Part shown: piece after piece, positions 29,838 to 38,673 of the stretch
Numbering within the stretch: the first letter of the stretch is position 1
Layout of the letters: each line of letters starts with the position of its first letter
Origin: a virus
Taxonomy: Duplodnaviria > Heunggongvirae > Uroviricota > Caudoviricetes
DNA: 64,000 nucleotides
Virus record (IMG/VR): IMGVR_UViG_3300029488_000242
Reading direction: 5' to 3' (one strand)
Notes under the pieces: model-generated
What the model was told of the DNA's origin: nothing
Database searches by the model: none
Seen by the model: the letters and a program-made list of their open reading frames with translations, nothing else
Translations under genes and position numbers: made by a program

Positions 29838-31226
29838 ATGGGAAACGATAGAATGACAATTTGTAGAAAAATTAAATTATTTCCAGTAGGAGATAAGGAA
29901 GAAATCAATAGAGTATATGACTTTATTAGAAATGGTCAGTATGCTCAATACCAAGCTTGTAACTTACTTATGGGACAGCTTATGAGTGAATATTACAAAT
30001 ACAATCGTGATATTAAGAATGAAGAATTTAAGGCAAGACAGAAAGAAATAATGACAAACTCTAATATCATATTAAAAGATATTGATTTTGCAACTGGTGT
30101 AGATACCCCATCAGCCGTTACGCAGAAAGTCAAGCAGGATTTTAGCACAGCTTTGAAGAATGGATTGGCAAAGGGTGAAAGAACAGTAACAAATTATAAG
30201 AGAACTAATCCACTTATTACAAGAGGTAGAAACTTAACTTTTTATCATGAGTATGAAACATATCAAGATTTCTTGGATAAAATTAATGATTGTGATTTGA
30301 CGGTATATGTTAAGTGGGTTAATAAAATTGTATTCAAGGTTGTGTTTGGTAATCCGCATAGGTCATTAGAATTAAGATCTGTTATACAGAATATCTTAGA
30401 AGAGAATTATAAAGTACAAGGAAGTAGTATTGAAATTGATGGTAAGTCAATCATTTTGAATCTTTCAATATCTATTCCAAAACAACTTAGAGAGTTAGAT
30501 GAGAATACAGTAGTCGGTGTTGATTTGGGTATTGCTGTTCCTGCGATGTGTGCTTTGAATAATAATTTTTATGAGAGATTGGCGATTGGAAATGCAGATG
30601 ACTTCCTAAGAATAAGAACTAAAATGCAAGCTCAAAGAAGAAGATTACAGAAGTCATTGAGAAATACTTCTGGCGGTCATGGTAGAGCAAAGAAACTAAA
30701 AGCATTAGAAAGATTACAGAAAACAGAGGCACATTTTGTTGAAACATATTGTCATATGATAAGTAAAAGAGTTGTTGATTTTGCTTTAAAACATAATGCT
30801 AAATACATAAATATTGAAAATTTAACAGGATATGATACAAGCGATTTTATCCTGAGAAATTGGAGTTATTATAAACTTCAAGATTATATTACATATAAAG
30901 CAGCTAAGTACGGAATTGAAGTAAGAAAAATCAATCCTTGTTATACATCACAGATTTGCAGTGTATGTGGTAATTGGGAGTTTGGTCAGAGAAAGTCACA
31001 GTCAGTATTTGAATGTGCAAATGAGAATTGTGATAGTCATAAGAAATATGAGAAAATTGGATTCAATGCTGACTTTAATGCTGCCAGAAATATTGCAATG
31101 TCAACTCTTTGGATGGAAAGTGGACAAGTTACTGAAAAGAGTAAGCAGGAAGCAAGAGAATATTATGGTATCTCTAAAAAGTATGAACAGAATAAGAATG
31201 ATTTGGAGAATAATAAAGTAGCCTAA
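29838..31226 (+). CDS. tnpB: TnpB / Cas12f-like RuvC-domain RNA-guided nuclease homolog (IS200/IS605 OrfB family), catalytic residues apparently intact
   Basis: RuvC-I VGVDLGIAVPA, RuvC-II YINIENLTG, zinc finger CSVCG...C..C, RuvC-III NADFNAARNIA; 462 aa. Confidence 0.8.
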   Translation: MGNDRMTICRKIKLFPVGDKEEINRVYDFIRNGQYAQYQACNLLMGQLMSEYYKYNRDIKNEEFKARQKEIMTNSNIILKDIDFATGVDTPSAVTQKVKQDFSTALKNGLAKGERTVTNYKRTNPLITRGRNLTFYHEYETYQDFLDKINDCDLTVYVKWVNKIVFKVVFGNPHRSLELRSVIQNILEENYKVQGSSIEIDGKSIILNLSISIPKQLRELDENTVVGVDLGIAVPAMCALNNNFYERLAIGNADDFLRIRTKMQAQRRRLQKSLRNTSGGHGRAKKLKALERLQKTEAHFVETYCHMISKRVVDFALKHNAKYINIENLTGYDTSDFILRNWSYYKLQDYITYKAAKYGIEVRKINPCYTSQICSVCGNWEFGQRKSQSVFECANENCDSHKKYEKIGFNADFNAARNIAMSTLWMESGQVTEKSKQEAREYYGISKKYEQNKNDLENNKVA

Positions 31227-31580
31227 GTGCTACTTAATCAATCGAAAGATTGCAGGTGATTTTGCACCTGAATGGTGAGGTTGTTTAATTTAACATAGAT
31301 ACAAAACACGGTTAAGACAACATTTTACTCAGTAAAATGATTATTCAATATAGATGTTACAGAAATGTTGAGATTATCAAGTTAATGGAAGAAAAATATA
31401 ATACGGAAAGGAGAATAGTTAAATGTCAGTATTTTTTATATTAGTTTTAATAGGATTAATAATTTTATGGTTTCTACTGTCACCTTTATTTGTAAAAATT
31501 GGTGAGTTTGTTATCAACATTATAAATAAGGTGTTTTCGACAGATGAAATAAATAATAATGAAGAAAAGGAGACAAAAAG

Positions 31581-32441
31581 ATGAAGAAATCAATTGGAGG
31601 AGTAGTAACAGTGGTAGTTATTATTGTGGCGGTAATATTATTATTAATATCAACGGTGCGTGTACCAGCAGGGTATATTGCTGTACAGTACAGTATGTCG
31701 GGTGGCGTAAAGGGCGATATTCTTACACAAGGATGGCATTTAAAGTCACCAACTGTAAAAACGACACTTTACTCGGTGAGTCTTGAACAGAGTTATTTAA
31801 CGTCTAGTAAGGACGGAGACTCTAAAGACGATGACAGCTTTTCAGCAAGTTCATCTGAAGGTAAGGCTATGCAGATAGATCTTACTTTTACATATCAGTA
31901 TAGTCCTGATAAGGTAGCTGATTTATTTACAAGATTCAGAGGTCAGTCTGGTAAGGAAGTAAGAGATAGTTTCATCAAACCAAACATTATTAGCTGGACT
32001 AAGGAAGTTGTTGCAAATTATAAGGTATCAGACATTCTTGGTTCTGAGAGAGCAAACGTTAATACAGCATTAACTGATTATCTTAATAAGAAGTTTGAAC
32101 CTTATGGAATTGCAATTAGCAATGTATCATTAATTAACATTTCTGTGGATGAGAAGACACAAGAAGCTATTAATGCAAAGATTACAGCACAGCAGGCAGC
32201 CGAAACTCAGGAAATTAACAATCAGACAGCTATTAATAAGGCAAAGGCAGATGCAGAAGTAACTAAGGCAGAAGCAAAGGCTAAAGCTGATGCACAGCTC
32301 ATAGAAGCTCAGGCACAGGCAGAAGCTAATAGTAAATTAAGTTCTTCAATCACTGATGAACTTATAAGAATGAAGGAAGCAGAAGCAAGAGTTGAACATG
32401 GCTGGGTCGAAATTCAGGGTGTCAATACTGTAGTTAAGTAA
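31581..32441 (+). CDS. SPFH/band-7 (prohibitin/HflC-like) membrane protein with Ala/Lys-rich coiled-coil tail
   Basis: N-terminal TM then PAGYIAVQYSMSGGVKGDILTQGWHLKSP...MQIDLTFTYQY; RBS aaaggagaca. Confidence 0.75.
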   Translation: MKKSIGGVVTVVVIIVAVILLLISTVRVPAGYIAVQYSMSGGVKGDILTQGWHLKSPTVKTTLYSVSLEQSYLTSSKDGDSKDDDSFSASSSEGKAMQIDLTFTYQYSPDKVADLFTRFRGQSGKEVRDSFIKPNIISWTKEVVANYKVSDILGSERANVNTALTDYLNKKFEPYGIAISNVSLINISVDEKTQEAINAKITAQQAAETQEINNQTAINKAKADAEVTKAEAKAKADAQLIEAQAQAEANSKLSSSITDELIRMKEAEARVEHGWVEIQGVNTVVK

Positions 32442-32484
32442 TTATAAAGTAAATAAGGGTGTGGTGAAATTCCGCACCTGACTG

Positions 32485-32557
32485 ATAGCTGTGGTGAAGT
32501 GGTCAACACAACAGATTTTGATTCTGTCATTCGTGGGTTCAAATCCCACCAGCCTAG
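32485..32557 (+). tRNA. tRNA-Gln(TTG)-like sequence; D-arm to 3' end canonical, 5' acceptor strand does not pair (probable partial/pseudo-tRNA)
   Basis: anticodon stem acaga/tctgt with loop ttTTGat; T-arm gtggg-ttcaaat-cccac; aligns with Bacillus tRNA-Gln from position ~10; 5' strand atagctg cannot pair with cagccta. Confidence 0.45.
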
Positions 32558-32561
32558 TTTT

Positions 32562-32599
32562 GTACCATTAGCTCAGTTGGTAGAGCATTTGATTTTTAA
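32562..32599 (+). other. tRNA-Lys(TTT)-like 5' half (acceptor strand + D-arm + anticodon-loop start), then divergence; no T-arm
   Basis: gtaCCATTAGCTCAGTTGGTAGAGCATtTGAtTTTTAA is near-identical to Bacillus tRNA-Lys positions 1-38. Confidence 0.5.
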
Positions 32600-32867
32600 G
32601 ATGTTGGAAGACAGAAATGCAAAGAAACTAATCAAGATGAAAGTAACGTAGCATTTCAGGAGGTAGAATTGTATGAAAAAGATAATTAAAAGCTATATGG
32701 AATACGGAGAACATTGTGGAATTGCGAAACAAGTCGAAGGAAAGGTCGTTGATGCAGAATTAGGAAAAGATAATCTTTGGCATTTTGAATTTGGTGGATA
32801 TAAATGGGTAGCAAGCGACTATGCATTTAAAGAGTAAAATTCTTTTCTTTGAATTATGAGGTGAAAT

Positions 32868-33122
32868 ATGGAGATACAAGAAATGGAAGTACATCAAACA
32901 GTAAAAAAATATATCTTAACAGAGGACGAATATCATAGTTTAATAAACCAAAATAGAAAATATGGAAGCAGAAAAATTAAAGAGTATATTATTTTTTGCA
33001 TAGAGTATTACAAATTTGAATTAAACGTTCGTGGAAGGCAAGAATTAATTCAGGATATTATTAATTTTGTAGAAGGAAACAGAAATGATATTCCGAATTT
33101 ATATGACAAGAATTTTTTTTAA
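32868..33122 (+). CDS. hypothetical protein
   Basis: ORF track; RBS gaggtg. Confidence 0.45.
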   Translation: MEIQEMEVHQTVKKYILTEDEYHSLINQNRKYGSRKIKEYIIFCIEYYKFELNVRGRQELIQDIINFVEGNRNDIPNLYDKNFF

Positions 33123-33195
33123 ATGGTTGGATGAAAATAGGTAAATGATAACAAGAATTAAATGTCCGATTTTTTTGGAAGAGAGGTAGAAAAAG

Positions 33196-33441
33196 ATGTT
33201 TAGAAGAAAAACAAAACTTAAGAAAGTATTAGATAAGAGAACAAATTATGTAACATTTAGAGATTTTCTAAAATCGTTATCACACAAGGAGTTACATATC
33301 TTGGCAGAAGAAATTATCTGGAAAGAATACGATGGATATAATGGTTCATCTTGTTATATGGAACAAAATCATTATGACTTAATGGATAGGTGGCAGAAAG
33401 AATTTTATATAGAGGAAAGAGAGTATTTATTGCCACATTAA
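33196..33441 (+). CDS. hypothetical protein
   Basis: ORF track; RBS agaggtag. Confidence 0.45.
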   Translation: MFRRKTKLKKVLDKRTNYVTFRDFLKSLSHKELHILAEEIIWKEYDGYNGSSCYMEQNHYDLMDRWQKEFYIEEREYLLPH

Positions 33442-33472
33442 CGTTAGGTTTCATAGGAAGAAAGGTGAAAAG

Positions 33473-33844
33473 ATGCAAATAAATATTAGTTATACATTAT
33501 ATACAGACGGTGATTACAATTTAAGGGATGTCGAAGATTTTGGCTGTACTAATAGAGATATAGTAGTTGATGATTTTGAATATTATGATTATGTTGGTTC
33601 TATGGAATTTAAATATGAAGAGGAGTGGCGTTGTAAAAGAGAAGCAAAAGATTTTCTTTGGAGATTTTTATGTGATGGAATTCATATATCTTATACACAT
33701 CCTTGGTTGCTTAAAGATTTTTATGATATTATGGAATATTTAGAAAATGTTATCAATGAATATCAAGAGGGAATATCTGTAGCAAAAAGGCAAATAACAG
33801 GTAATTATGAAGGTACTGAAATTAAAATAGAAATATCACAGTAA
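33473..33844 (+). CDS. hypothetical acidic protein
   Basis: ORF track; RBS aaaggtga. Confidence 0.5.
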   Translation: MQINISYTLYTDGDYNLRDVEDFGCTNRDIVVDDFEYYDYVGSMEFKYEEEWRCKREAKDFLWRFLCDGIHISYTHPWLLKDFYDIMEYLENVINEYQEGISVAKRQITGNYEGTEIKIEISQ

Positions 33845-33879
33845 AGTTCGATTTCTTGGGAAAATGAAAGGAGATTTAT

Positions 33880-34272
33880 ATGGGCGTATCATGTGATGTT
33901 TGTAAGTATGGATGTGAACACGATTATGTGAGAGGTAATTATTATTGTTCAAACAAGAATAGTGGTCATCCAACAGCGGATTCTCCAATTATAAATAATT
34001 GTACACATGGAGAAATAGATCAGTGGAAATATAATTTTAAATATAAACCAGATAAAAGTGATCGTAATGTATCAAAGAAACTTATGTATGAAGAATTAAA
34101 AAAGATTCTTTTTGGGATTAAACTCAAAGACATTGATACTATTATGACAGAAATTAACGATTTACAAGAAAAGATTACATCGTATAGAGAGCCTTATAAA
34201 TGCGAAACTTGTGCGGTTAAAGAGTGTGATGTATATGCATTAGGTTGTAGAGATTGTAGTGGTTGGAAGTAG
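33880..34272 (+). CDS. hypothetical Cys-rich protein
   Basis: ORF track; 12 Cys; RBS aaaggaga. Confidence 0.5.
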   Translation: MGVSCDVCKYGCEHDYVRGNYYCSNKNSGHPTADSPIINNCTHGEIDQWKYNFKYKPDKSDRNVSKKLMYEELKKILFGIKLKDIDTIMTEINDLQEKITSYREPYKCETCAVKECDVYALGCRDCSGWK

Positions 34273-34314
34273 TAAGAAAACTTCGTTTCATGCGAAATTA
34301 AGAAAGGAGACAAT

Positions 34315-34626
34315 ATGTTAAACGTAGGAGATTATGTAGGACAGATTAACAAAGATTCATCTGGTGTATGGAAGTTATATAAGGATAAGATAAATAAAAT
34401 CACTACAACAAAAAAATATGGTAGAAGATATTTTACCAAAACAGTGTTTCGACCATTAGATGCAGATGATGTAGATAACAATACAAAAGATATGGAAGAG
34501 TCGATTTGTGAAGGATATATCATCGTAAGAGAAGTGTTTGGGTTAAATAATAAGACTGAACCTTATGCTGAAAGATGGATAAAATGGGCTAATGAAAATC
34601 CAGATAAAGCGACTGGTTTGATATAA
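34315..34626 (+). CDS. hypothetical protein
   Basis: ORF track; RBS aaaggaga. Confidence 0.45.
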   Translation: MLNVGDYVGQINKDSSGVWKLYKDKINKITTTKKYGRRYFTKTVFRPLDADDVDNNTKDMEESICEGYIIVREVFGLNNKTEPYAERWIKWANENPDKATGLI

Positions 34627-34690
34627 ACGGAGAATATAATAATAGAAGCAATTAACAAAAAATAAATATAAGAAAGAAGAGGTACAAAAC

Positions 34691-36748
34691 ATGGATGGAT
34701 TTATGATGTTTAAGAAGGCTTTACAGAAGCACTTCGATGAAATGCAGAAAGAGGCAACACATTTATTTGAGGTAAATGTAGATAAGGATGAATTATGGAA
34801 TACATATCTTGATAGCTTCCCTGCTGGTACAAATGAGATTTTCAGAGAGCGTAGAGAGCATGATTGTAGTTGTTGTAGACAGTTTATTAAGAATATTGGT
34901 TCTGCTGTCACTATCAAGGATAACCAGATTCATACGATTTGGGAACTGAATCTTGGTGATACAACATATCAGCCAGTATGTGATGCACTTGATACTTTTG
35001 TAAAAGCTCATACAGTTACAGATATTTATACAACTAAGTTCCCCAAAATTGGTACAGATTTTAACTTTGAGGAAATCAATGAAAAATCTCATCAGTGGGA
35101 TCATTTCTTCTTAGAGCTTCCAAACAAGTTCGTAAATAGAAGTAGTCGTTCTAACGAGGAAGTTAAAGGACAGTTCAGAGATACAAGAAATGTATTTAAG
35201 CGTTCTCTCGATGAAATTACTATGGAAGCACTTGATACAATTCTTGAACTTATCAATTCAAATACACTTTACAAGGGCGAAGAGTGGAAAGGCGTACTCA
35301 CAGAGTTCAAGAAGTATAAGAAGGAATATGATAAGCTGACTTCTGATACTGAAAAGGATTTATATGCTTGGGAGAAGTCGGTAACAGCAGGTATGGCTAT
35401 CGGTAGAATTAGAAATCATTCCATTGGAACACTTCTTATTAATGTAAGTGAGGATATGGATCTTGACACAGCAGTTAAGAAGTATGAGCAGATTGTCGCT
35501 CCAAGCAATTATAAGCGTCCAAAGGCTATTTTTACAAAGAAGATGCTTGAGGATGCAAAGAAGACCATTACAGAACTTGGATACATGGATTCATTACAGA
35601 GAAGATTTGCTAATCTTAATGATATTACTGTAAATAATGTACTGTTTTCAAATAAGAGTGCTGCAAGAAGAATGGTTAGTGCAGATGATATCTTTGGACA
35701 GATGGAAAAAGATGTTGCTGTAAGTCCTAAGAAGTTTTCTAAGGTTGAAGAGATTTCAGCACAGGATTTCATTAATAAGGTACTTCCAACTGCAAAGGAG
35801 ATTGAAGCTTTTGTAGAGAATAAGCATGAGAAGAACTTTGTTTCTATGATTGCACCTGTTAATCCAGACGCTAAGACAATGTTCAAGTGGAATAATGGAT
35901 TATCTTGGGCTTATTCAGGAAACATTACTGATTCTGATATGAAGCAGAATGTAAAAGCTGCTGGCGGTAATGTCGATGGTGTACTCAGATTTTCTATTCA
36001 GTGGAATGAAGATGGTCATGATAATTACGATCTTGATGCACATTGTATTGAGCCAGATAAGAATGAAATTTTCTTTAGTAATTGTAGAAAGCCAAGTGTT
36101 TCAAGAATGGGTGGTCAGTTAGACGTTGATATTATTCATCCAGATGGAAAGGTTGCAGTAGAGAATATTACTTGGGAAGACCTGTCAAGAATGAAACCAG
36201 GTGTTTATAAGTTCTTTGTACATCAGTATTCAGGAAGCGTAAGGCATGGATTTAGAGCTGAGATTGAATTTAATGGAGAAATTTACAAGTTTGATTACGA
36301 TAAGTCGATGAGAACTGATGAAAAAGTTCAGGTTGCAGAAGTAACACTCGATGAGAATGGAAACTTCTCAATTAAGGAGAAATTAGCAGGAAATTCATCT
36401 ATTTCAAGCCGTGAGATTTGGGGTGTAAATACAAATCAGTTTGTTCCTGTATCAGTAATTAGTTACAGTCCAAACTATTTTGACGAGCAGGATGGAATTG
36501 GTCATAGACATTTATTCTTTTTCTTGAAGGATTGTGTAAATAGCGAAGAGCCTAATGGATTCTATCTTGAGTTCCTTGATAATGATTTAATGAAGCATAA
36601 GAGAGTGTTCGAGGCTTTAGGTGCTAAGTGTCATGTAGAAGATACTGATGATCAGCTTTCAGGAATTGGATTCTCTATGACAAAGAGAGAAGATTTAATT
36701 ATTAAGGTTAAGGGCGCAACAGAGCGTGTAATGAAGATTAAGTTTTAA
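34691..36748 (+). CDS. large hypothetical protein (685 aa), no confident domain assignment
   Basis: ORF track; RBS aagaggta; C-terminal part has D-rich DLDAHCIEPD/GGQLDVDI segments. Confidence 0.6.
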   Translation: MDGFMMFKKALQKHFDEMQKEATHLFEVNVDKDELWNTYLDSFPAGTNEIFRERREHDCSCCRQFIKNIGSAVTIKDNQIHTIWELNLGDTTYQPVCDALDTFVKAHTVTDIYTTKFPKIGTDFNFEEINEKSHQWDHFFLELPNKFVNRSSRSNEEVKGQFRDTRNVFKRSLDEITMEALDTILELINSNTLYKGEEWKGVLTEFKKYKKEYDKLTSDTEKDLYAWEKSVTAGMAIGRIRNHSIGTLLINVSEDMDLDTAVKKYEQIVAPSNYKRPKAIFTKKMLEDAKKTITELGYMDSLQRRFANLNDITVNNVLFSNKSAARRMVSADDIFGQMEKDVAVSPKKFSKVEEISAQDFINKVLPTAKEIEAFVENKHEKNFVSMIAPVNPDAKTMFKWNNGLSWAYSGNITDSDMKQNVKAAGGNVDGVLRFSIQWNEDGHDNYDLDAHCIEPDKNEIFFSNCRKPSVSRMGGQLDVDIIHPDGKVAVENITWEDLSRMKPGVYKFFVHQYSGSVRHGFRAEIEFNGEIYKFDYDKSMRTDEKVQVAEVTLDENGNFSIKEKLAGNSSISSREIWGVNTNQFVPVSVISYSPNYFDEQDGIGHRHLFFFLKDCVNSEEPNGFYLEFLDNDLMKHKRVFEALGAKCHVEDTDDQLSGIGFSMTKREDLIIKVKGATERVMKIKF

Positions 36749-36775
36749 TTAGAATTAGAAAAGGAGATTATTATT

Positions 36776-37165
36776 ATGACAAACAACGAATTATTTATCA
36801 ATGCAACAAGAGCAAACTATCAGTTCCCATTCAGAGGAATGATTAACGTAATTGATTTGTGGGATTTATCTCTCACAAATCTGGACTCAGTATTTAAGAC
36901 ACTCAATGCGGAAGTAAAGAAGTCTGAGGAAGAGAGTCTTCTGAATACTAAGTCAAAGAAAGATGAGGAGATTTCTAACAAGATTGAAATTGTTAAGTAT
37001 ATTGTTGGCGTGAAGTTGGATGAGAAAAAGAAGAGAGAAGACGCTAAGAAAAATGCTGAGATGAGACAAAGATTGCTTGAAATCAAGGCTAAGAGACAGG
37101 ATGCAGCACTTGAGAACATGTCTGATGAGGATCTGGATAAGGCACTTGCAGAATTAAGTGAGTAA
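36776..37165 (+). CDS. hypothetical protein with Lys/Glu-rich coiled-coil C-terminus
   Basis: ORF track; RBS aaaggaga. Confidence 0.5.
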   Translation: MTNNELFINATRANYQFPFRGMINVIDLWDLSLTNLDSVFKTLNAEVKKSEEESLLNTKSKKDEEISNKIEIVKYIVGVKLDEKKKREDAKKNAEMRQRLLEIKAKRQDAALENMSDEDLDKALAELSE

Positions 37166-37172
37166 TTGTTAC

Positions 37173-37227
37173 AAATATACCATATATAGTATTAATAAGC
37201 AATATATACTATATATGGTATATATTT
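37173..37227. promoter_or_regulatory. 20-bp inverted repeat aaatataccatatatagtat-N13-atactatatatggtatatattt (paired TACYATATATRGTA palindrome boxes)
   Basis: seen in sequence; related boxes at 47451, 60447 and in the int-proximal promoter region. Confidence 0.6.
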
Positions 37228-37276
37228 TACGCTAGAAAGAAACGCACATTTCTTGAGGAATTTTGGAGGTTAAGAC

Positions 37277-37648
37277 ATGAAAAATAGAAATAGTTATGAA
37301 CGATTAAAACGCATTCAGACATCGTTATCTGAATTGTCAAAGAGTCTTGACGAACAGTATTGCAAGATGCGTCAGGAATGTATGGATGAAATTATTGAGG
37401 ATAGAAAAGAATATGTGACAAAGAAAAATGAAATGTATTCACTGTATGAGAAAATTTCTGAAAGCGATTCTATGAGAATGACATGGATTAAGAATAAATT
37501 ACCATGGTATATTACAAAATTTTGTAAGATTTCAAGTACAGAAATATCATTGAGAGATACAAGTATTTTAATTGGTGTAAATTTTGGAAAATCATATAGA
37601 CCAAATTGTTATATTGAGATTACACCAAGAGATATTGGATGGATTTAA
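37277..37648 (+). CDS. hypothetical protein
   Basis: ORF track; RBS ggaggt. Confidence 0.45.
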   Translation: MKNRNSYERLKRIQTSLSELSKSLDEQYCKMRQECMDEIIEDRKEYVTKKNEMYSLYEKISESDSMRMTWIKNKLPWYITKFCKISSTEISLRDTSILIGVNFGKSYRPNCYIEITPRDIGWI

Positions 37649-37661
37649 GGAGAATAATACA

Positions 37662-38216
37662 ATGTCAAACTTATATGTATATCTAATATGCTCTCGTAAC
37701 AAGGATAATAAGGATATTCCAAATTTCAAGGAACGAGCCGAGACAATCCTTGAATATAGAGAAAATGAAGATAAGGTAATTGATGCTTTTAAGAGTTTTG
37801 CAGTCAAAGGACTTACTGGCGAACAGACAAGGTTATACAGGTCAGTTAATTCAAGAAATGAAGAAAAAATCAGAGAAGAATTTATTATCCGTCTGTTGAG
37901 AGACAAACCAAGTATGACACAGCTTAATCGTACATTAGCATCCGTTGCACAGCAGGTACAAAATCGTGATGAGAGTAAATGGCTGTTTGATTTTGATGTG
38001 GATGATAGAGAAATGGCGGCTAATTTTCTTTCTGATATTAACCATTTTTCGGGAATTAAGCTCATTGATATGAAATGTCATAAGACTCCTCATGGCTATG
38101 TTATTGTAGTTCCGCATGGTTTTGATACAAGAAAACTTATGGAAAAGTGGAAAGGTTATGATATTACATTAAAGAAAGATGGGCTGTTGTTTTTGGATAT
38201 GATAACGAATAAGTGA
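37662..38216 (+). CDS. hypothetical protein
   Basis: ORF track frame; RBS aaggagaataatacaATG. Confidence 0.5.
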   Translation: MSNLYVYLICSRNKDNKDIPNFKERAETILEYRENEDKVIDAFKSFAVKGLTGEQTRLYRSVNSRNEEKIREEFIIRLLRDKPSMTQLNRTLASVAQQVQNRDESKWLFDFDVDDREMAANFLSDINHFSGIKLIDMKCHKTPHGYVIVVPHGFDTRKLMEKWKGYDITLKKDGLLFLDMITNK

Positions 38217-38223
38217 GGTAAAA

Positions 38224-38670
38224 TTGATGAAATATAGAGAAGAAAATAAAGACTTGTTTACAGTACCAGAAGATTATTATTTAGCACATTGTATTAGTGC
38301 TGATTTTGGAATGGGTAAAGGAATTGTAGTTGAGTTCAATAAAAGGTTTGATATGAAAAGAAAACTACTAACAAAATATCCAGATTATCTTAATCAGTAT
38401 ACTCATAAAAGAATTGATAGTGACTGTCTTTTAGAAGGTAGAGTATTAAATCTCATTACAAAAGAGAGATATTTTCACAAGCCAACAATTATCACAATGA
38501 GACTTGCACTTGAAAAAATGAAACAGATTTGTTTAAAGAATAATATCAAAAAGATTGCAATGCCTGTAATTGGTTGTGGTTTAGATAGGTTGAACTGGAA
38601 TGATGTCTCAGAACAGATTAAAAGTATTTTTGCGGATACGGATATTGAGATTTTAGTATGTAAGAGGTGA
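38224..38670 (+). CDS. macro-domain-like (ADP-ribose binding/processing) protein
   Basis: LAHCISADFGMGKGIVVEFNKRF ... IAMPVIGCGLDRLNWNDVSEQIKSIF resemble macro-domain core motifs. Confidence 0.5.
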   Translation: MMKYREENKDLFTVPEDYYLAHCISADFGMGKGIVVEFNKRFDMKRKLLTKYPDYLNQYTHKRIDSDCLLEGRVLNLITKERYFHKPTIITMRLALEKMKQICLKNNIKKIAMPVIGCGLDRLNWNDVSEQIKSIFADTDIEILVCKR

Positions 38671-38673
38671 ACT

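Noticed and set aside
30961-31221. 86-aa ORF inside the tnpB-like gene
   Set aside because: Alternative frame of a gene with clear conserved motifs.
32485-32557. Complete functional tRNA-Gln
   Set aside because: No 7-bp acceptor stem can be formed with the upstream sequence (atagctg vs cagccta), so I treat it as partial. The adjacent tRNA-Lys-like piece lacks T-arm and 3' half.
37592-38065. 157-aa minus-strand ORF, plus other long antisense ORFs (e.g. 34543..34917, 35509..35886, 5154..5486, 21425..21742)
   Set aside because: Fully embedded antisense in well-supported + strand genes. Low-complexity Ser/Leu/Ile-rich translations typical of AT-rich antisense frames. No RBS.
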